Shown here piece by piece: positions 63,846-64,000 of a stretch of DNA of 64,000 nt; positions within the stretch are counted from its first letter, which is position 1; each line of letters begins with the position of its first letter. The stretch is taken from positions 48,457 to 112,456 of the forward strand of contig JAENWA010000013.1 in NCBI GenBank assembly GCA_016650295.1, read 5' to 3'. The notes under the pieces are model-generated. The model did not search any database, had not been told where the DNA came from, and saw only the letters and a list, made by a program, of their open reading frames with translations. Both the position numbers and the translations under genes were made by a program. This stretch comes from Desulfuromonadales bacterium (GTDB taxonomy: Bacteria > Desulfobacterota > Desulfuromonadia > Geobacterales > Pseudopelobacteraceae).

Positions 63846-64000
63846 AACAACCTCCAAATGATTTTGGATAATCGTTTTCATTAGATAATAGATCATATGG
63901 GTGGTGTCAAGATAAAGCAAAGTTGGAGGCGTCCTATCGTTTTCCTGCACATTGAAAGGTGTTGTTGTGTTATTTGCGGTTCCCGGCTGCCTCACGGGCA

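Overview
This is a 64-kb origin-proximal chromosome segment. Gene content and order look like a Desulfuromonadales-type (Geobacter/Desulfuromonas-like) deltaproteobacterium; that is an inference by eye, no search was run. The left arm (1-17.1 kb) is all minus strand. It holds type II secretion genes gspH-I-J-K-L-M-N and an Ara4N-type lipid A modification trio (arnC, a stand-alone formyltransferase, a stand-alone ArnA-decarboxylase homolog). These are followed by rnd, an mqnC-like radical SAM gene, a ybgC-like thioesterase, and the canonical rsmG-mnmG-mnmE-yidC-yidD-rnpA-rpmH block. DnaA-box clusters flank dnaA (17.1-17.46 kb and 18.82-19.03 kb), and dnaA-dnaN-recF-gyrB follow on the plus strand. 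After the gyrB terminator the window becomes accessory. (1) 24.3-32.3 kb is an 8-gene minus-strand operon. It couples a PspA/ESCRT-III-like protein, a classic AAA+ ATPase, a TerB-like protein and coiled-coil proteins to an ABC importer whose binding protein carries an OmpA domain. (2) 32.4-33.9 kb is a decayed patch of gene fragments plus vapBC. (3) Next comes an HTH-EIIA(Ntr) protein translationally coupled to an orphan HyfB-like antiporter subunit. (4) A mazEF-like pair follows. (5) A six-gene Ehr-type complex (hydrogenase-related, without NiFe ligands) has heptamer tandem repeats in two intercistronic gaps. (6) A DUF815 ATPase follows. (7) A type I R-M locus (hsdR ... hsdS ... hsdM) is split by several insertions: a Fic-containing mobile mystery protein A/B cassette bounded by a 74-bp duplication, an AlbA_2/Schlafen-like gene, a VbhA-like small gene, two truncated tRNA-like fragments and a DUF3800 gene. 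The right end (55.7-64 kb) returns to housekeeping genes (hemerythrin, sbcDC, ihfA, skp, an outer-membrane channel). I saw no rRNA, intact tRNA, CRISPR array or transposase. All family calls rest on motif and sequence recognition by eye.
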